From: Sphaerodactylus townsendi
Taxonomy: Eukaryota
Assembly (NCBI RefSeq): GCF_021028975.2
Contig: NC_059429.1
Location: 5,084,001-5,148,000 of the forward strand
Length of the DNA stretch: 64,000 bases
Direction: 5' to 3'
Both the position numbers and the translations under genes were made by a program. Positions 36,969-50,385 of this stretch are shown here, piece after piece; within the stretch, counting starts at the first letter, position 1, and each line of letters opens with the position of its first letter. Under the pieces are notes generated by a model. The model made no database searches, was not told the DNA's origin, and worked only from the letters and a program-made list of their open reading frames with translations.

Positions 36969-37262
36969 GGAGCAGCAGTGGCGTCGGAGGTTAAGAGCTC
37001 CTGTATCTAATCTGGAGTTTGATTCCCCGCTCTGCCGCCTGAGCTGTGGAGGCTTCTCTGGGGAATTCAGATTAGCCTGGGCACTCCCACACACGCCAGC
37101 TGGGTGACCTGGGGCTAGTCACAGTTCTTCGGAGCTCTCTCGGCCCCACCCACCTCACAGGGTGTTTGTTGTGAGGGGGGAAGGGCAAGGAGATTGTCAG
37201 CCCCTTTGAGTCTCCTGCAGGAGAGGAAGGGGGGATATAAATCCAAACTCTTCTTCTTCTTC
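36969..37262 (+). mobile_element. tRNA-derived SINE (Squam3-like); older copy at ~37708-38000
   Basis: A-box-like gtggcg..gaggtt, B-box-like gtttgattcc, (ttc)n tail. Confidence 0.85.
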
Positions 37263-39429
37263 TTAAGTGGAAAGCCAAGTTTACAGCCTCTCAGTTTAGC
37301 AGCCTAAGAAGCGGTTAAGAGACTCTGCTGTCTGTTAATTGGAGTTTTGGTTGGAGTTTCTTTGCTACTGGACTGCAGAAATCTACTAACTGGCTGCAAG
37401 TTAACTGCTGAGTAAGTGGCTGCTCCCCCAGCCTGCTTTCTAATGGGACGTGGGAATCGGCAGAGAGAAAATTAGTCCATTTTACCTTCTCCTAAAACAG
37501 TCAAAAATGAGACTTCTTTCAGTTTCAGCAGCTGCCTCATAACCAACCGTTCTGAAGTATTACCAAATTGCTCTGAAGAGAATGAAGGGCTACTAAAAGC
37601 TACAGACAGGACAAAACCCCAACTAAAGCCACGGAAGAGCAAGTGAAAAGAACCTACCATGGGTCCAATTAAATCCTTAACATCCTTCAGCTAACTGCTA
37701 CAACAGTAGAGCCAGTGTGATGGAGCAGCTAAGAGCAGGTGGAATGTAATCCGGAGAACCGGGTTTGATCCCCCACTCCTCCAACTGAGTGGCAGAGACT
37801 TATCTGGTGAACCAGATGTATTTCTGCACTCCCACGTTCCTGCTGGGTGACCCAGGGCAAGTCACAGTTCTCTCAGGACTCTCTCAGCCCCACCTATCTC
37901 ACAAGACACCTTGTGCGGAGATGAAGGGAAAGGAGCATGTAAGCCACCTTGAGTCTCCTTACAGAAGAGATAGGTGGGATATAAATCCAAACGCTTCTTC
38001 TAGAGTATATTTGTACGGAACTGCATTCAGCCAACAGTGGAATCGGACAAATTAAAGGACAAATAGCCTTCTTAGTTAAGAAACTGCAGCTGCAGACAAA
38101 GGAGGTGGATAAAGGGCATGCCATCTCAAGTAGAGTTTCCAACAATGTTGCTGTTGAATTTACAGACTTAATTTTGTATTCCGCCCTCCCCCAAAGGGCT
38201 CTGGATGGTTCACAACATATTAATACAAGTAGAGCACAATGCCTTTAAATCTCTACTTCCCATATGAAACTAGCCTGCAATTTGCTTCCACTGACACCAA
38301 ATTGGTTACATCACCTGAAAAAGTGTGTCTAACAATCTACAATTACAGGGGGTGCATTCCAAGTTGGAATACAAAGCAATCAGCATTGTGGCATTTAAGA
38401 ACTCTTGAAAAGGAATATTAATTAAGGGCATTAAGAAAGGTAGAAATACTGAATTCCACTCTTCAGGCTGAGAGGATTATCCTCTCTTTTAACTTGGAGC
38501 ATTTGCCGTCAGTCTTGCTCCGCTCAAGGGCCCACCTTGCTTCTAAAGGTCTGTTTTTAACTAGGGTGTTCAAGAATGACACCTTGTTACCATTAATCAT
38601 AACTTAATTACCATTAAGAAAGCAACATGTTTGACCCTCACAGAAAAAGGCAGAGGCACCTTTAATAAGGGCGTTAATGAACATAATCCTTTGAAGATAT
38701 CTTCCTTCAACAAACCCCCATTTATACAGTGTAGAAACAGATAATCAAAGGGTAGAAGATAATCCTAGGAACTCCTTGAAACTCCCAGAATGTGAACAAA
38801 TGGAAATCCTGGAAAGATTGGACCTTTTAAAAGAAAAGTCTATTTGATAGTAAGAGTCAACATTCAACCTTCATGGAGCAGAAAAATGTTAAAAGTGAAA
38901 GTAACACCTCAAGGAGCCTTTTAATATGTAGTTCCACTAACAAGAACATAAAATTTCCATCAATGATACTGGGGGGAGTAAACCAGTTTTAACTTAAACA
39001 TACTTTTATCTTGTAACATACTTTTATCTTGTAAAAGTGATAAAAATGGATCACCTTTCCTCGGTCACACAAGTGGCAAAGATCATACCCATTCAACAAC
39101 TGCCCAGAATATTTCAGACCCTCTACTAGTAGACATTGATTTTGACACTCGTCTTACCAAAGGTCTTCAAAATAAAATGGTCAACGCTAATTGAGGCAAA
39201 ACATGGGCACAAGAACTAGCTGAAATGGCCTGCTGCAACTCTGGGTATAATCTGCCACGGACCCAGCACCCCATTCACAAACCAACCCACAGCCAATAAC
39301 TGAATCAATCCCCAGAGAGGGTAACAGCTGTGTGTTTCTGGACAGGAAATGCTCTACCTCAGAGTGTGGTGGAGTCTCATGTGGTGATTTTTAAAGAGAG
39401 GCTCAATGGCCTTCTTTCAGGAGTGCTTT

Positions 39430-42400
39430 TTAAAAAAATTAATATTATTTATTGTATAATCACATAATTACAAAAATCATCACAAACACACACGTACATA
39501 CATACAACAATCGTAATTTTACAATTGTTGAAAAATTAATTAAAACATTTCAGGTTTAACTGCAACATTTTTGAAAAGGTAAGAGACTGAAGTAGTTTCT
39601 GTCGATTTTCTTAACCTCTCTACGTTACTTCTATCTTTTCTTCTACTATTAAACTATTTTTCCTTATACACTTATATTGATAAAAAAAGTCCTCAATCCA
39701 TCAAAAAAAATTCCTGGTTGCTGCAAATCCTTTATACTATTTTTGCTAGTACTTTTAAAGAGTAAGAATTTGTGTTTCCTCATTGATATATATTCTCTTT
39801 CCCTTCTTAAAAAAATAGCTATCCTATTATTGTTTTATTGAAAAAAAACATTACCATTGGCTCTATGGGAAAGGATATCAATATTAATTCTTATTTATTT
39901 ATTTCTAATATATCAGGCTGTTTCTATCCCTTATCATATTCATATCTATTCAAGGAAATCCAACTATTTCATTATATTTAATTTTTTTCCCACTTTCAGA
40001 TTTTTAAATAAGGTTTCCATGTTTCTTCAAATTTCTCTGGTTTATCCTTCAACCTCCAGGTTAGTTTGTCCAATTACATCATTTCCTATAGTTTTTCTTC
40101 CCAATTCACCATCGTAGGGACTTCTTTCTTCTTCCATAGCTTGGCTATCACTAATCTAGCCGCAGTTGTCATGTAAAGAAATAAATTTTCATATTTTCAT
40201 CTTTTTTCATCTTTGATCAACAAAAAGAGTTCTGGCTTAATTTTGATCTTAGTTTTTAGTATTTTCCCCATTGCTTTAGCTATCTTCTCCCAATTTTTTT
40301 ATTTTATTACATTTCCACCACACGTGGATTAGCGTTCCCTTCTTTTTCCTACATTTCCAACAAATTCCCTCTGTCTGATTATTCATTTTTGATAAACATT
40401 CTGGTGTGTAATACCACCTATTAAATATTTTTATGAAATTCTCCTTCAAATTCATTGAAAGAGTAAATTTATTATTTCTTCTCCAAATATTTTCCCATTC
40501 CTCGAGAGAGATATTTCTTCCTATATCTCTGGCCCATTTAATCATTGTATCCTTCACCACTTCTTGTTCAGTTTTCAATTTCAGTAGGAATTTGTAAAAT
40601 CTTTTAATTATTTTTTTGTTACCTTTGCCAATAATGTCATCAAATTCATTTGGATTTTTTTGAAACCCATAGTTTTCCAAATCTTTTTTGTAAGTCTCTG
40701 TTAATTGTTGGTAAGAGAACCAATGGCAATATGTGTCTTTATTTAGAATTTCTTCTCTGGTTCTTAATTGGACTTTATTATTTTCCCACTTCAATGTTTC
40801 TTTGTAAGTGGGCCAGTTCCCTTCTGTATGGTGTTCCTTTATTTGGAGTGATTCTGCTCTTGAGACCCAATTTGGCGTTCAATTATATATAATATTTTTG
40901 TATTTTAACCAGTTATTCATCAAAGTTTTCCTAATTGTATGGTTTGTGAAATTTTTGGTATTTTTTCCTTTTTGAGTGGGCCATAAGAATCTATGCCATC
41001 CCTCTGATAGGTCATAACCTTCAAGATTTAGTATTTTTTATTTTTTAGTACTATCCAGTCCATTAACCACACCAGTAGATTGGTTTCATAGTATGATTGT
41101 ATGTCAGGTAACCTCAAGCCCCTTCTATTTTTTTTATCGATCATGTTCTTGTATTTTATTCTTGGCTTCTTGCCATTCCAAACGAAGTTTACTAGTAGCT
41201 TTTTCCATTTATTTATTGTTTTAACAGTTAATGAGACAGGTACATTCTGGAAAAGATACATTAACTTTGGAATGATATTACTTTTTATTATAGCTATTCT
41301 GCCTAGAAATGATATTTGTAGCTTTTTCCATTTTTCTATTTCTTTTCCTATCTCATTCCAGATTTTTTGGTAGTTATTTTCAAATAGAAATTTGTTATTA
41401 TTTTTGAGTGTTACTCCGAGGTATTTTACCTGTTTTTCTATTTTATAACCTGAATTTTCCTGTAAAGTTAGTCTCTCTTTCGATGTTAAATTTTTAGTTA
41501 GGATTTTTGTTTTCATCTTATTTATTTTAAATCCTGATACTCTACCGAATTTGTCCAATTTTTGTTTTATTCCCTTTATATTTTCTATTGGATCTTTTAT
41601 GAACAATACTATGTCATCCGCAAATGCTTTGTACTTGTAGCTGTATTTCTTAACTCTTATTCCCTCCCATGTATTGTCTTGGCTTATTTTTTCCCCCAGT
41701 ATTTCTAGCTGTAAAATGAATAACAGGGGTGAAAGAGGACATCCCTGTCTGGTTCCTTTATTAATTCTAAACTTTTGCAACTGGTTTCCATTTATTATTA
41801 ATGAGGCAAATTGGTTCTTATATATTGTTTTTATCTAAATAATTCTCTATTTTTTGTTCTGACTTTCCTTCTTCTTTATAGAGTCTATGAAGAAAATTTC
41901 AATTTTCTTTCGATCGGTTATTATTTCTGCTCCTTTTTTTACTTTCGTTATTTTTCTTGAATTCCTTTCTTTTCTTAATCTGGCCGATAGCCATTTTCCT
42001 GGCCTATTTGCCCATTCAGACTCTTTCTGTTTTATGAACTTCAACTGTTTCTCTATCTCTATTTGATTTTTTCTATCTAGTTTTTGTTTTGTTTCAAAGA
42101 TTTTTCTCTTAGTTATTCTATTGGATGGTTTTCTAATTAGCCTTTTCTCAAGGTCTTTCAGTTCTTTAGTTAACTGTATTTCTTCTTTGTTTTTTTTTCT
42201 TAAATCTTGTCTCTTGTTCTAAGAAAATACCCCTTGTGAATGCCTCACTTGCATCCCATATGGTTCTAAAATCCCCTATTGAACTATTGTTTAATTGGAA
42301 GAATTATTTTAATTTTTCTTCATTTCCCCCCACTATTTCCTTATTTTGCAACATCCAGTTCTTAATTACATAGTTTCTTACTTTTTTCTCCTTTATCATT

Positions 42401-44988
42401 ACATTCCAACTAATTGGGTTATGATCCGATATTGATCGTGGCAAAAATTTTATTTTGGTTGTTGACGATAGAAGTAGGCTTGAGGCCCAAACTATATCAA
42501 TTCTGGTGTGGCTATGGTGTCTGTTTGAGTAAAATGTATAGTCCTTTCCAGTTTTTCTTTCTCCCTCCAGATATCTTTTATTTTTAAGTTTTCCACCAAC
42601 TCGAAGAATGACTTTGGTAGTGTGTTTCCATTTGTACCTGTTTTTCCTTTTCTATCTAACCTGTTATTAACTATACCATTGAAATCCCCCATTATGACTA
42701 TCTTATCATACATATATTGTGTTAAAGTATCTGCCAATTCTTTGAAAAAATTTGATTTTCTTTCATTGGGTGCATATATTCCCATTAGAAGAATTTTAAC
42801 TTCATTCAGCATTATCTCCACCCCCACATATCTTCCTCTATTGTCTTGAACAATCAATTTAGGTCTTAAATCTTCCTTAATATATATTGCCACTCCTTTT
42901 TTTTCTCAGCCAATGACACAAATAGCTGACCTAATTCTCTACATTCTAAGTATTTCCGGTCTTTTTCCCTTATGTGTGTTTCTTGTACACAAACCAGATC
43001 TTGTCCTAAGTGTTTTAAATAGTTGAAAACCTTTTTTCTTTTGTTGGGGCTGTTCATACCATTAACATTAATTGACAAAAATTTGTATGACATTTCAATT
43101 AGTAATAATTTAGTTTAACGAAGTGATCAAACTTATACAAAGGTTATTTAAGGGTTCGACGGAGATATATATAAGTAAAGAAATAAAGAAAGATAGCTAG
43201 AAAGAGAGAGGAAAAAGTTGAGAGATTTTTCAGTCAATAAGGAGAAAGGTAGTTAGAAGAGAAGGTATAGAAAAGAGAGAGAAGAAATAAGAGAGAGCAT
43301 GGATCTTCAAATCTCTTAATTCATATTTAACTTAGTAATTTGTAACTTAAATTTTTAACATAATTGTCTCTTTTCACATTCAGCACTTTCCTTCAAAAAT
43401 TCTTGCGCTTGCATGACTGATCTTATCAAAATTTTCTTCTCGTTTAATGTAAAGCTTACCCCTTCTACAGGTTCCCATCTGAAAATTATTTTGTTTTCTT
43501 TCAGCCAGTTAATTAAAGGAGCATAGTCTTTCCTTTTCCTTAATATATGTAGCGGCGTTTCTTTGAGTACTCTGACTTCTTGACCTCTTATTGTCACTCT
43601 GGTTTTTGAATGTTTCATTAAAATCTCATCATGTGTTTTTTCCCTTGCAAATGTTACTACAATGTCTCTAGGAACGTTTCTGTCTTTTGCAAATCTGGTA
43701 TTTGCTCTGTAGATTCTGTCAATTTCACGCTCCATTAATTTTTCTTCCATTCTTAAGAACTCTGCTAAAGCAGTGGTCATCTTTTCCCTTAAATCTTCTT
43801 TATTTTCTTCTTTACATCCTCTAAATCTTAGAGTGTCTTCTTTCTGTCTAAGTTCTTGTAACGCCATCTGATCCATCATCATTTCCATCTGGTTTGTAAA
43901 AATTTCGACTTTACTGTCTGTGACTGTCACGTTATTCTTTATGTTGATGACTTCGTTCCTTATTTCTTTTATTGATTCCTCCATCTTCTTTACTTGACTC
44001 ATCTTTCTTAAGTTCTTGAATCTCTTTTTCAAATGTTCCAAATCTACAGTCCAGTTTATTCAGTCTTTCCTTTGTTTCTTCCTGAAGCATTATAGATCTT
44101 CCTATCATTTGCTCCAGCTTGTCATAGTTTTCAGATCCACTCTTATCTGGGGTTTTGTTGTTCCCTCCATTTTTGGCTCTTGTTGCCATCTCTTCTTGTA
44201 TTTCTGCTGGCTTCTTTTCTCCAACACGTTCTCTAGAGAAATTTCTCCCGAACCATTTTTTTTACCACTCTGGATCGTTAAAACTCTATGGTTCCATTGA
44301 ACTCATTGTTTTCAATCCGGAGAATTCTCCCTCCTCCCCTTCCGGGTCACTTTCAATTGGGTTTAGTTCAACCTCCTCGGGGTTAATCCTCTCTTCTCTG
44401 AACCCTCTCTAGGTTCTTAGTGATTTAATAATTTCTTTTTAAGTCCCAATATGAGTTTAAAAAGTATCACTCACTTCACTGGAGCGTCGTTGCTTCTCCA
44501 CTCGCCGTTTACGGAGCTCCGCCTGGTCACGTCTCCTTTCTTTTCTTTCCCGGTTTTTCACAGCTGCAGTTTTGCTTTCTCCTGCTTCTCCTTCAGCTGC
44601 TCGCCTTCCCCGGGTTGTCCGTAAGTTCAATCAGTCGTAATTTATTTTATATTTAGACTAGCAATGGTATGTTCCTTTCCAGTTTCACCCCTCTGCATGA
44701 GGGGGTTTTCAGCTTTGCACAGCCAATTCCTTAGCTCTCTCCAGTCCCTTAAGAAATGGTGCTTCTCCTTGTTCTCGCATCCCTTCAAAAGCTCCAAGTG
44801 CTTTTTTCCTGGGATTCCAGCCACAAGGATTTGCAGCGGATTTGCAACCTCGTTCCTCCCCCCTTTTTCTAGCGACGGGGGAGATTTTGGGGTTTGCTAT
44901 TTCCCCAAAAAGCTTAAATATCTCAGGGGACTGGACCGCACCTCTGTTTTGTGCGGCTGGTCATCTCCAAGCCCAACCGGAAGTCCTC
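39430..44988 (-). mobile_element. L1-clade LINE with both ends, internally deleted and frameshifted; inserted into a CR1 tail
   Basis: 16-bp TSD ctttcaggagtgcttt (39414-39429, 44989-45004); 5' end GAGGACTTCCGGTT; ORF1 (43355-44189); APE endonuclease (SINVNG, CVQETH, MGDFNG; 42492-43093); RT (GTRQGCPLSPLLF, FADD; 41028-41780); Cys/His motif CWKC...H.WW.C. Confidence 0.93.
43355..44189 (-). pseudogene. L1 ORF1 (coiled coil plus RRM/CTD-like region), one frameshift near 44000
   Basis: LRFRGCKEE...IDRIYR...PRDIVVTF...RKRKDY pattern typical of L1 ORF1p. Confidence 0.8.
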
Positions 44989-45079
44989 CTTTCAGGAGTG
45001 CTTTGATGTGTTCCTGCATTACAGGGGGCTGGACTTGATGGCCCTTGGGGTCTCTTCCAACTCTGTGATTCTAGGAGTC

Positions 45080-48000
45080 TCAAAAGGATTGGCCCGATGA
45101 GGAAGCGGAATGGGTTCAGTTGGTGAATCTGGGTGCTTCACACCCAGGCTCATTTCCCCATGGAGTGTTCAGGGAGGATGAACCAGTGGAAATACTTGAT
45201 CCTCCTTCATGCAAGGAGGATGAGCCGGGATGGCCGGGACTCCAAGAAGACCCAGGTCTACATTCCCTACACGCGCAACAGGCTGCGCTGGACCGAGCTA
45301 AGCATGAATGGCAGGAGGCCCGGGAAGCCTTGATTGACAAACATGTTCGTCAGTGGCTTCAACTCAGGGAAGACTATGACAAGGAACATGAAGAGTTATA
45401 TCAACAGCTGCAAAAGAATCGAGAACAACAGGGACGCGAAGTTTTGCAACTATGAGCTTTGAAATTACAACAATTCCAGGACGCTGCTGCCTACAGCGCT
45501 GAACTTGTTCAAATCCAGCGTGAACGTGCAGCCCTGGAGAAGGAAAGGTCCAAACTGCTGCGGAAGAAATGTGATTTGGTGGTCATCAAGGCCCATGAAC
45601 GCGCTGCAGTGGCAGACCTACAACGGCAGCTAACTGCTCAAGCGGCAGAGTTGCGTTTGGAACGCCAACGTGTTGCAGCAAGCCAGACCCACGGACAGCC
45701 AGATACATCTCACCCATGTTCAGTGGACAATAGATCTGCCCGACCACCGCCAAGATGCCACTTTCAGCCCGCTACAGCCCAACACGCAGCACCCCTTCCT
45801 CCTGGACCTCAGGGTCGTGGTTTCACCCGCCCGCATATTCTGGCTTGTTTCGATGGTACTGCGTCCAAACTACCGTATTTCATCTTACAGCTGGATGCCC
45901 ATATGCAGGAATACGATGACATGTATCGTTCCGAAAGGGAGAAGGTTTGTGACATCGGATCGGTTTTGGATGGGGAAGCGGCAGAGTGGTTTGTGGAACT
46001 TTTTGAACTTGATGCTGAGGAACTTAATTCGGTAGCCGACTTCTTGCAAGGCTGACGCTTGCAGTTCGAAGGATCGAGATGCCTGTGATAACGCTAAAAG
46101 GACACTTAAAACAATGTGGCAAGCCATTCGCGGAGTTTGCTCGTCGATTCTGTGCAGTTGCCAGCAAAATTCCTGACTGGCCAGACCAGATGAAAGCTGA
46201 ATACTTCTATGAGGCTGTTGATCCAGAAATCCAGAGTTGGGCTGTTATGAACAACGAGCCTCGTACAGTGGCAGAATGGATTGAAATTGGCAGCATCATT
46301 GTGGGCAGACTCAACTGTTTCAAAGAATCGGGGACCAAAACCCAGCCGGCCAAACGCCCTGTGCCTCAGGTGAAGAAAGCTCCTGCCTCAGTTGCCATCC
46401 CACCTGCCACTGCTGAAAGTGTCTCGGAGCGACGTTGTCATTTAGGACACTGTCTGTATTGTGGCAAACCTGGTCATGTAGCTGCGACCTGCCCAAAGAA
46501 AACCAAAACTGCAGGCGGCTTGCCTCCAAAAAGATCTACAGCTAAGCCAGCATGGCGATCAGCACCTCCTAAGTCGGCTCAGGGCACATCAAAAGCCTTG
46601 GATGCAGAGGAACTTGATTTCCTCGAGGAAGATGAAACCACCACCAACATCGGACTCTCTACAGCAGTTCCTGAAACTACGGAGTCTCCTAAAGATGCGG
46701 TGAGTGATGGTGGTGCCCCTATTACCCTAACGACTACATTGTCTAATCTGGCCAAGCATACTCGTATTTTGGCTCAGGCGCTTGTGGACTCCGGGTGTTC
46801 CCATTGCCTTATGCGACCGCAAATAGCGGAGGAACTTGGATTACAATTAATTCCACTGGCCAAACCCTGACCGTTTACACAAATGAACGGTAGCCCTTTA
46901 GGGGGAAGTGGTCCAGCTCATTTTAAAACTGAACCCATCCTGTTGTAATGTGAGGAGCATTGGGAGCGCCGTAATTTCATTTTGGCCCCAGTGGCTAAAT
47001 ACCCGATCGTTCTGGGAATGTCCTGGTTAGAGACACATGATCCCACTATCCAATGGATATCTCACATAGTTCGTTTTACTGATCCACCCTGTGGGGATCA
47101 CATACATGAAGGTGATCCACCTGAACCAAGCACCCCTGCATTGGCTTCTGGCGTTTCCTTGCCACCTGAACTGCCCGAATGCCTAAGCATCACTGGGACC
47201 TTGCCAGAGTTTTTGAAGAGCGGGAATGCGACCAGCTACCCCCCCACAGGGACACGGATTGTAAGATTGAGTTGATCCCGGGAGCCAAATACTGAAGGGC
47301 CGTGTATATCGGATGAGTCCCACCGAGGAGACTGAGTTAAGGGTGTTTCTGGACAAGAATCTGGCTCGTAGTTTCATTCGGAAGGCAACTAGGAAGGCAA
47401 CTAGAAAAAGGATGGCTCTTTGAGATTGTGCACTGCCTATAGAGGTTTGAATGCAGCGTCAGCCTCCAATAAATACCTGTTACCCTTGATCAAAGACCTT
47501 TTAGATGCTTTGGGGTCGGGGCAGTTTTTTACCAAGTTGGACTTGAGAGAGGCTTACTATAGAGTATGCATCGCAGAAGGTTATGAGTATCTCACAGCCT
47601 TCAACACTTAGTTTGGACAGTATGAATATCTCATAATGCCATTTGGATTACACAGTGCACCCGGGGCTTTCATGTCCTTGATCAACGAGGTTTTGCAAGA
47701 TTTATTGTTTAAAGGAGTGGTGGTGTACTTAGATAATGTCCTGATTTATTCCCGCACCGAGAAGCATGTAGCTCTGGTTCGCACAGTGCTGCAGAGGCTT
47801 CTTGACAACTCTTTATTTGTGACTGCCCAAATGTGCCTACCATCAGGAAAAGTTGGATTTTCTTGGATATCGTGTGTCGGGGGGATTGGAAATGGACCCT
47901 GCTAAGGTGGCAGCAGTAGTAAATTGGTCCATCCCTACCACCCGCCCAGAAGCTCAATGTCGTTTCTGGGATTTGCTAACTTCTATTGTGACTTTATTCC

Positions 48001-48585
48001 GCTTGAATTCGCCCAAATAGCCTTGCCTTTAACCGATTTTTTTCGTTACAAAGGGGCAAGGGGACTTACTAACAACTAAGCGAGATTGCCCCTCTTAATT
48101 GGACTGACGGTTGCCAGTAGGCTTTTCAACAACTTAAGACTGCCTTTACGACTGAGCCTATTTTAACCCATCCCAATCCTGACTTGCCGTTTATAGTACA
48201 TGTTGATGCGTCTGACAAAGCTTTAGGGGCAGCCCTCTTACAACGGGGTGCGGATGGAAAACTGTCTCCTTGCACCTCTCTTTCGAAGAAGTTTTCTGGT
48301 CCTGAGCTCAATTGGACAGTAGGTGATAAGGAAACTGCAGCCATTAAAGAAGCTCTCAGCACTTGGCGCCATTGGTTAGAGGGTGCTGCCCGCCCTTTCC
48401 AAGTTTGGTCGGATCACAAAAACCTGTCAGCTCTGTCCACCCCCAGTAAAATGTCGGCTAAGCAATTGTGGTGGGCTGATTTCTTTTCCCTGTTCCAGTT
48501 TACAGTGCATTTTTTCCCTGGGAAAACCAACCAATTAGCGGACACGCTCTCACACCTTCCTCAGGGGGTGGATACCTCCTTACGT
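45080..48585 (+). mobile_element. decayed Ty3/Gypsy (sushi-like) retrotransposon internal region: gag-PR-RT-RNaseH; no LTRs or integrase seen
   Basis: Gag FDG...LDGEAAEWF; CCHC knuckle CLYCGKPGHVAATC; protease ALVDSG; [13 protein letters not shown] / MPFGL / VVVYLDNVLIYS; RNase H VDASDKALGAALLQ...DKE...WRHWLEG...SDHKNL; many stops and frameshifts. Confidence 0.92.
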
Positions 48586-48922
48586 GGAGGTCGGCAGAAA
48601 CACAGGGCTGTGGGTGGCGGAAGCTCAGACAGGTGGGGGCCCAGGAGGATGCGGTGGTTTTAGCACAGCAGTCCAATGTCGCTCCTTGCCCCTGGGTGGG
48701 AGGCAGTGGCCAAATGTGTGCCCCCCCCTCGACACATTCAAGTGGTACCTGGGACATCAGCCCCCTCTGTGCCCCCTTCCTGGTATGCCATTGATGAGGA
48801 CCAACCTGCTTCCCTTCTGATGAGACTGGGTTAGTTTGGGCTACCCAGATCAGGCCCTATAGTCATAGGCACTTACATACATTCATAATCAACAAACTGT
48901 GTGTATGTCTGAAGTGTCATCA

Positions 48923-49222
48923 GGAGCAGCAGTGGCGTAGGAGGTTAAGAGCTCGTGTATCTAATCTGGCGGAACCGGGTTTGATTCCCCGCTCTGCCGC
49001 CTGAGCTGTGGAGACTTATCTGGGGAATTCAGATTAGCCTGTACACTCCCACACACGCCAGCTGGGTGGCCTTGGGCTAGTCACAGCTTCTCGGAGCTCT
49101 CTCAGCCCCACCCACCTCACAGGGTGTTTGTTGTGAGGGGGGAAGGGCAAGGAGATTGTCAGCCCCTTTGAGTCTCCTGCAGGAGAGAAAGGGGGGATAT
49201 AAATCTAAACTCTTCTTCTTCT
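48923..49222 (+). mobile_element. tRNA-derived SINE (Squam3-like), full length
   Basis: Near-identical to 6080-6380 and 59564-59866. Confidence 0.88.
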
Positions 49223-49232
49223 TTATCAAGTC

Positions 49233-49390
49233 ATAGTTAACTTATGGGAACCATAGCAAGGCGTGCTCAAGGCAAGTAAAAAGACGAGTCAGTTTGCTAC
49301 TGCCTTCCTCTGCATAAACTTCCTTGGTGGTCTCCTCTCCAAGTACTGACTCTGCGTAGCTTCTGAGATCTGATGAGAGCAAGCCATACC
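49233..49390 (-). mobile_element. 5S rRNA-derived SINE, diverged
   Basis: Minus strand tctcatcagatctcagaagctacgcagagtcagtacttggagaggagaccacc resembles the 5S internal control region. Confidence 0.6.
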
Positions 49391-49546
49391 AGTGATTCCC
49401 AAACATTTTTGGGTTATCACCCCCTCAGCTCCTACATACCCCTTCTTGCCTCCCACCCCCACCCGCGCACAAACACGTATGAACACACACCTCTTTCTTG
49501 GTATTAGGTTTACTGCAATTTCAAAATAACTTCTAACACTGTAAGC

Positions 49547-49681
49547 CATAGGTGTCAAACTTGTGGCCCTCCAGATGTCATGGACTACAGTTCCCATAAT
49601 CCTCTGCCAGCATGATGCCGACAGGGGATGATGGGAACTGTAGTCCACAACATCTAGAGGGCCACGAGTTTGACACCTGTG
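49547..49681. mobile_element. palindromic hAT MITE
   Basis: TIRs ca.aggtgtcaaact / agtttgacacctgtg; TSD ctgtaagc. Confidence 0.85.
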
Positions 49682-49737
49682 CTGTAAGCAAACATACGAT
49701 TTCACAAATAAAACACGACGTAGTAAAAGCAAACCAA

Positions 49738-49743
49738 TTTATT
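49738..49743 (-). terminator. candidate SMIM7 polyadenylation signal AATAAA
   Basis: tttatt on the + strand about 630 nt downstream of the SMIM7 stop. Confidence 0.45.
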
Positions 49744-50369
49744 GAGCATTTCTAGCAATGTGAAAGGGGGGTGGGGGAGCAAAGGAAGGAGCGTTCTGGC
49801 TGCTACCCAGATAAATTCAACATTCGTGGCAATTTCTTGGGTGGGGGGGAGGCCATCTACCAAAAATGGTGCCCCGGGCCAGCCCTGAAACTGCACCACC
49901 CAACACCCCTGAGTATCCTAAATGAGGAGACAGCTGAGAAACACAGGCCATATCACTTCAGTCTTGTTCCATCTAAGAAGGTAAAGGTGAAAGCAGTTCT
50001 CTGTGCCAGCACCAGACTGCCACTGACACGTGGGGTGATGTTTACTAGGCAAACTGTTCACATTGCCCTGCTCAATCTTTAATGTTTGCTGCATGGAAAC
50101 CCTGATTGGGTGGAAAGGAGGTACACAATTGGCTAAAATAAATAAAAGACAAAGTTACATCACGCTGCAGTTCCTGGTTGTTGGGCTGTCTGTGACAGAG
50201 GAAGAGGAAGGTGCATTCATTTCTAGTACTACAAGTACATTTCAGGTGCTACAAACTTCGTAACTTTTTACTTCATGAAGTCAACATAGGTCGTGTTTTC
50301 ATCAGAAAGGCATCTCCGAGGATCCCAATAATAACATTGACAATTGTCACCTCAGTCCACCAGATGTGT

Positions 50370-50385
50370 TTAAGATCCAAATAAC
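50370..50385 (-). CDS. SMIM7: SMIM7 exon 5 (V-LFGS*)
   Basis: TAG acceptor, then G TTA TTT GGA TCT TAA; exons sum to 26+42+53+91+16=228 nt = 75 aa plus stop. Confidence 0.88.

Noticed and set aside
45120-46870. Domesticated PEG10/RTL-like gene
   Set aside because: In-frame stops, frameshifts and a mutated RT active site; no visible promoter or splice evidence.
48923-49000. tRNA gene (A/B boxes)
   Set aside because: It is the head of a multi-copy SINE and continues into the SINE body and tail.
49310-49390. 5S rRNA gene
   Set aside because: Partial and diverged, and fused to a retroposon-type tail, so a 5S-derived SINE.
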